From the NCBI GenBank assembly GCA_965218425.1, contig OZ244621.1:544001-608000 (forward strand): a stretch of DNA of 64,000 nt, in the 5' to 3' direction. The notes under the pieces were generated by a model. It ran no database searches, was not told the DNA's origin, and saw only the letters and a list, made by a program, of their open reading frames with translations. The stretch is from an uncultured Candidatus Binatia bacterium. GTDB lineage: Bacteria > Desulfobacterota > Binatia > UBA9968 > CAXXLF01. Shown in pieces: positions 59,532 through 64,000 of the stretch. Each line of letters opens with the position of its first letter. Within the stretch, counting starts at the first letter, position 1. Made by a program: the position numbers and the translations under genes.

Positions 59532-61304
59532 TTGAAATCCGAAGCGACTATTCAAGCTTCTGCAAGAATGCAGGGGCTTAGTGAACGGTGGAGTGCCCTC
59601 TCTAGAGCCTATTGGCGCCTTGGAATTAGCCCGTTGTGGCTCCTGGTGGGGCCCATGGTGCTCACCATCGTCGTACTGCTGGTCACCATCTTCTGGATGA
59701 GTTTTATCGTGGGCCTCCCGGGCACCCCCGAGGCCCACTTTTCCGTCGTAAACTACATCACATTGTACGCGGATCCTTTTGTTGTCACTGCTCTGGTAAA
59801 TACCCTCGGGTTTGCAGTGACCACGATGTTTGTCGCTCTTTTTTTTGGCGTATCCATTGCCTGGTTTGTGGAACGAACCGATCTTCCGGGAAAATCCTCC
59901 ATCTACACGGTAATGAGCCTCGGCATCCTCTTGCCCGGCTTCTTTACAGCCATGGGTTGGCTCTTCCTGCTACATCCGCGCATTGGGATGGTCAATCGTT
60001 GGATCATGGACATCACGGGTCTCACCACAGCGCCCCTGAGCATTACCAACCTGATAGGCATGGGATGGGTACAGGGGCTTAATCTCACCGCCCTCGCCTT
60101 CATCATGACCACGGCAAGTTTTCGCTCCATGGACCCGGCGTTGGAAGAAGCCGCCACGGTCCACGGGGCCAGTTTCAGCCAGATGTTACGGTCCGTGTTT
60201 GCACCCCTGATGCTTCCGGGTTTAGCGGCCAGCGCCATTTATATATTCACCATCAGCATAGGGGTCTTCGACACCCCCGCGATCATTGGCTTGAGTAACC
60301 GGATCTTTACCTTTAGCACCTATGTCTACACCCAGAGCATCACCGAGGACGCCCTGCCCAATTATGGCGCCGTTGCCGCTATGAGTGCGCTCATGACATC
60401 TTTAGCGCTCCTGTTGGCATATTTTTACAGCGGCGTGATCAACAAGAGCTACCAATATCAGGTGGTGACAGGTAAAGGCTACCGGCCGAATCTATACAAA
60501 TTGGGGGGCTGGACGGGGCCGGTTTGGTGCTTCATCGGATTGTACTTTTTCTTGAGCAAGTTGCTTCCTTTATTACTGTTGATCTGGGCATCGCTGCTCC
60601 AATATTTCCAGCCGCCGTCGATGCAGGCCTTTAACAGTGTCTCGCTGCAAAACTTTCGCGACATTCCCTTCGACTTGCTAGCCCGAGGCGGGCTGAACAC
60701 GGCCATACTCATGGTCACAGTACCCACTGTAGCCGTGGTCATAAGTTTCGGTTTTTCCTGGATGGTCGTCCGTTCTAACTTTCGCTTCCGGGCGATTCTA
60801 GATTTCTTCGCATTTCTGCCCCATGCCGTTCCAGGTATTATATTCGGCGTGGGCGCTCTCTTTGTGGCTCTATTTATTCTAAAGGGAATACCGTTGTACG
60901 GTTCGCTGACGCTGTTGGGGATTGTCTACGTTGTGGATCGACTGACCTTTGGAACGCGGCTGTTAAACTCAGCGTTGATACAAGTGCACCACGACCTTGA
61001 GGAGGCTGCCACCGTTTGCGGAGCCACTGGGATCAAAGTGGCTCGTAGTGTCTTGGCACCATTGGTCTGGCCCGCGATCCTGAGCGGTTGGTTGTGGATG
61101 GGTCTCCTAACGCTACGCGAGCTTACCCTGGCAACCATCCTATTTACCCCCAATAACGTTACCATGCCCGTGGTGATATGGAGCATCTGGAGCAGCGGCA
61201 ATTATGGAGTCGCCTCCTCCATTACGCTGGTTCTATTGCTTTGTTTAGCGCCACTGGTCCTACTTTATTGGATCATCGGTAGGCGAACAATGCTGGGCAA
61301 CTAA
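59532..61304 (+). CDS. ABC permease with two fused domains (FbpB-like)
   Basis: ERTDLPGK and two EAA loops (LEEAATVHGA, LEEAATVCGA); start uncertain. Confidence 0.92.
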   Translation: MKSEATIQASARMQGLSERWSALSRAYWRLGISPLWLLVGPMVLTIVVLLVTIFWMSFIVGLPGTPEAHFSVVNYITLYADPFVVTALVNTLGFAVTTMFVALFFGVSIAWFVERTDLPGKSSIYTVMSLGILLPGFFTAMGWLFLLHPRIGMVNRWIMDITGLTTAPLSITNLIGMGWVQGLNLTALAFIMTTASFRSMDPALEEAATVHGASFSQMLRSVFAPLMLPGLAASAIYIFTISIGVFDTPAIIGLSNRIFTFSTYVYTQSITEDALPNYGAVAAMSALMTSLALLLAYFYSGVINKSYQYQVVTGKGYRPNLYKLGGWTGPVWCFIGLYFFLSKLLPLLLLIWASLLQYFQPPSMQAFNSVSLQNFRDIPFDLLARGGLNTAILMVTVPTVAVVISFGFSWMVVRSNFRFRAILDFFAFLPHAVPGIIFGVGALFVALFILKGIPLYGSLTLLGIVYVVDRLTFGTRLLNSALIQVHHDLEEAATVCGATGIKVARSVLAPLVWPAILSGWLWMGLLTLRELTLATILFTPNNVTMPVVIWSIWSSGNYGVASSITLVLLLCLAPLVLLYWIIGRRTMLGN

Positions 61305-61420
61305 TCCGCGGCTTGCTTCCAACTATCGAGGTAGTGCAGGTCATGGAAGAGACACTTGACCGCTACACTTCAGACGCAAAAAGTCAGCACGGCTAACCCC
61401 CAGCTTTGTGGGACCCGGGG

Positions 61421-61449
61421 TTGACAGAGATCGCGTCATCCAATACTTT
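61421..61449 (+). promoter_or_regulatory. Sigma70-type promoter candidate for the second UbiD
   Basis: TTGACA-N17-TACTTT. Confidence 0.55.
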
Positions 61450-61496
61450 GCGGTCTAGTTCTGTGGACAATGTCGCGAAGATGAAAGGAGTATCCG

Positions 61497-62951
61497 ATGG
61501 GTTGGTATGATTTTCGTGCGCTGTTGGCCGAGTTTGAACGACGCGGAGATGTCACGCATGTTGAGGGAGCCGATTGTCACCTGGAAATCGGGACCTTGAC
61601 CGAACTCATGGCCGAACGGAATGGTCCCATGCTGCTCTTTGACCGAATAAAAGGCTATCCAAATGGCTATCGAATTGCTGCCAAACCCTATTCGACGCCG
61701 GCACGGGGCGCGGTTGCCTTGGGCCTTCCGCAAGACGTGTCTCCGTTTGAAATGTTCATGGCCTGGCGAGACAAATTCAAGAGTTATCAGCCCATCAAAC
61801 CGGTGCAGGTTTCGTCAGCCCCGGTGATGGAAAACGTCCTGGAGGGTTCCGCCATCGATTTCCAAAAGTTTCCTATCCCCAGATGGCACGAGCAAGACGG
61901 CGGTCTGTACATAGGGACCGGTTGTGCCATCGTCACAAAAGATCCGGATGAGGGATGGGTCAACGTGGGTACCTACCGTGTCATGGTGCATGACAATCAG
62001 ACCCTCGGTTTTCAGATAGCCCCCTATCATCATGGTAATCTAATGATGAAAAAATATTGGTCGCAGGGAAAGAACTGTCCTATCGCATTGGCGATATCGC
62101 CGGATCCGTATCTCTTTTGGGCTTCCACCAGCGGAGCCCCATGGGCCACTTCGGAGTATGAACTGGCAGGTTTCATCAAGGGAGAGGCCGAACCCATCAT
62201 GACCGGACCGAGAACGGGACTCCCCTTGCCTGCCAATGCGGAAATGATCATTGAAGGCGAGGTCCCTCCCCTCACCGAAGAGCAGAGAATCGAAGGGCCC
62301 TTCGGCGAATACACCGGCTACTACGCGGGTGGAGAAAGAATGAGGCCGGTTATTCGGGTTCGGGCGCTGTACCATCGCAACAATCCAGTCTTTCACGGCG
62401 AGCCTCCCATGAAACCGCCTGTCGAGAATTGGGCATGCCTCCCTTCCGGGAGTATCCTCGCGGTTTGGGAGGGACTCGAACGGTCAGGCGTGCCGGGGGT
62501 CAAGGGAGTTTATTCCCTCAACGCGGGTGGCGGCCTTGTCACAGTGGTGTCGGTGAAACAGCAATATTCGGGGCACGCAAGGCAGGTGGGTAGGGTTGCC
62601 TCTGGACTGATGCACAGTATGTGCCGGCTCATGGTGGTAGTCGATGATGATATCGATCCCTCCAATTCCGGCGAGGTCCTCTGGGCCATCGCCACGCGGA
62701 GCGACCCGGGAACGACTTTCGAAATTCAGCGGGATTGTCCCTCCACCTGGCTTGATCCGATGATGCCACCGGAGCAGAAGAATCGTGGTGAGCTAAAGGC
62801 CAGCCGCGCTTTGATCGTTGCCTGCCGCCCCTGGGAATGGATGAAGGACTTCCCAGCGGTGAGCCGGGCCAGTGATGAACTGAGGAATCGAACCTACCAG
62901 AAGTGGAAGGATCTTTTCAAGCACGAAGCAAAAAAACCCGTCGGCTGGTAA
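61497..62951 (+). CDS. UbiD family (prFMN-dependent) decarboxylase
   Basis: DGGLYIGT, NVGTYR, IEGPFGEYTGYY, VDDDIDP, WLDP. Confidence 0.93.
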   Translation: MGWYDFRALLAEFERRGDVTHVEGADCHLEIGTLTELMAERNGPMLLFDRIKGYPNGYRIAAKPYSTPARGAVALGLPQDVSPFEMFMAWRDKFKSYQPIKPVQVSSAPVMENVLEGSAIDFQKFPIPRWHEQDGGLYIGTGCAIVTKDPDEGWVNVGTYRVMVHDNQTLGFQIAPYHHGNLMMKKYWSQGKNCPIALAISPDPYLFWASTSGAPWATSEYELAGFIKGEAEPIMTGPRTGLPLPANAEMIIEGEVPPLTEEQRIEGPFGEYTGYYAGGERMRPVIRVRALYHRNNPVFHGEPPMKPPVENWACLPSGSILAVWEGLERSGVPGVKGVYSLNAGGGLVTVVSVKQQYSGHARQVGRVASGLMHSMCRLMVVVDDDIDPSNSGEVLWAIATRSDPGTTFEIQRDCPSTWLDPMMPPEQKNRGELKASRALIVACRPWEWMKDFPAVSRASDELRNRTYQKWKDLFKHEAKKPVGW

Positions 62952-63000
62952 GTCAAAGAGTAGTCGGATTTAGCTCCGAGCGCGGGGTGAACTAACCGAA

Positions 63001-63957
63001 TTATGTCCAGTAGGCAAAGGCCATGCCACAGCCGGTTGCGGCTGGAGAACGGTAGGTTGGCACATAATCGATCAATTTCATCGGACTCCGTTCCATCACT
63101 CCTGCCAACGCCACCCAATTGAGAATCTCGGAAGTGCCCCCGCGCAGCTTCTCCCTCGGCAAACGGTACAGTCCTTCCTTATCCTGAGTCGTTAACGCCT
63201 TGATGGTTATCTGGTCCAAGTCCTCGTCGATAATGGTATGACTCAAGCCCCCAGAGGCGATCACGGCCACACGACTATCACCGTCCCAGGATTCGATGGC
63301 CTGGCGCACCGACTGTCCCAGAGCATAACACCGCCTGGGCGTCGGTTGGTTGGGCGGATAGTAGGTGTTCACCATCACCGGAACCATTGGCAGGTGACAC
63401 CCCGGCAGTATTCGGCGGTAAAGAAAACTGAATGCGTGTCCTACCCCGATCTCCTCGCGCAAACGATTGCAACGAGTTACATCAAATTCGTTATCCGCCA
63501 GCGCTTTGATCATGTGTTCCGCCAACTCTGAGCACCCGGGATACTCCGGCTCCGTTTCGGCCCAACCCTTTATTTCCTCAGCCTTCCAGTCGGATGTGTT
63601 TCGTCCCGAATGCCTTACCACCGGAATCGATTTACCGTGGTAGACGGCAAACGTCGGCATATTGTCGTCATAGAATTGTTCCTTCTGGTCGTCACCGAAA
63701 ATAACCACCACATCAGGGCGAGCCTCCTCTAGCATACGACCCAGCTCACCGATGGCCTTAAGGCAAGCGTCATCGCGCTCCTGCATCTTGCTTTGCGTAA
63801 GGTCCTGGTCAATTCCAGCCTTAGCGCGTTCAAGCAGTCCTCGGTAATCCATTCGTGGATCCCGCTCATCCTTTTCTCTCATCAAGGACCACCGCGTTGC
63901 TCGAACGCTCAACTGGGGGCTATGGGAGGTACCCAGCCCGAGAACAATTTTTGCCAT
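63001..63957 (-). CDS. LigB-family (type II) extradiol dioxygenase, DesZ-like
   Basis: GLGTSH, GDDQ, HAFSFLYRRI, VNTYYPPNQPT, ASGGLSH, GTSEILNW, DYVPTYRSPAATG. Confidence 0.88.
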   Translation of the reverse strand: MAKIVLGLGTSHSPQLSVRATRWSLMREKDERDPRMDYRGLLERAKAGIDQDLTQSKMQERDDACLKAIGELGRMLEEARPDVVVIFGDDQKEQFYDDNMPTFAVYHGKSIPVVRHSGRNTSDWKAEEIKGWAETEPEYPGCSELAEHMIKALADNEFDVTRCNRLREEIGVGHAFSFLYRRILPGCHLPMVPVMVNTYYPPNQPTPRRCYALGQSVRQAIESWDGDSRVAVIASGGLSHTIIDEDLDQITIKALTTQDKEGLYRLPREKLRGGTSEILNWVALAGVMERSPMKLIDYVPTYRSPAATGCGMAFAYWT

Positions 63958-64000
63958 CTTTGAAAACCTCCTGCCATCGAAATGAGTGGAGCAACGGCCA

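Noticed and set aside
1..64000. tRNA, rRNA, CRISPR array, transposase or intact integrase
   Set aside because: No cloverleaf or T-loop signature, no regularly spaced repeats and no such ORFs were seen by eye.

Overview
Bacterial genomic DNA with a Deltaproteobacteria-like gene order. The paralog-rich catabolic content suggests Candidatus Binatia or a relative (inference only). There are three zones. (1) 1-17.5 kb is a minus-strand housekeeping block (yceD-rpmF-plsX-fabD-fabG-acpP-rpiB-glyA-nrdR-ribD-ribE-ribBA-ribH-nusB-leuS-lptE), followed by a radical SAM / HtrA-like / thioesterase unit and queG. The fab cluster lacks fabH and fabF, the RibB domain of RibBA looks catalytically dead, and the HtrA-like protein has lost its whole triad. 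(2) 17.5-33.3 kb is mixed: small accessory genes, metH, a SagB-type flavoprotein, a Rieske oxygenase missing 3 of 4 cluster ligands next to grxD, and a divergent RpoD paralog. (3) 33.4-64 kb is a roughly 31 kb catabolic region with no recognisable regulator. It holds two UbiD decarboxylases, three intact Rieske oxygenase alpha subunits, four paralogous bicupins of unknown function, a DddP-like M24 protein coupled to a signal-less binding-protein fold, an FAH-family hydrolase, a Mo-hydroxylase large subunit, a DesZ-like extradiol dioxygenase, a MaoC pair, and ABC binding proteins and permeases. None of their usual partner subunits is present. No tRNA, rRNA, CRISPR array or intact mobile element was recognised. 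All family calls are motif recognition by eye; no database search was run.
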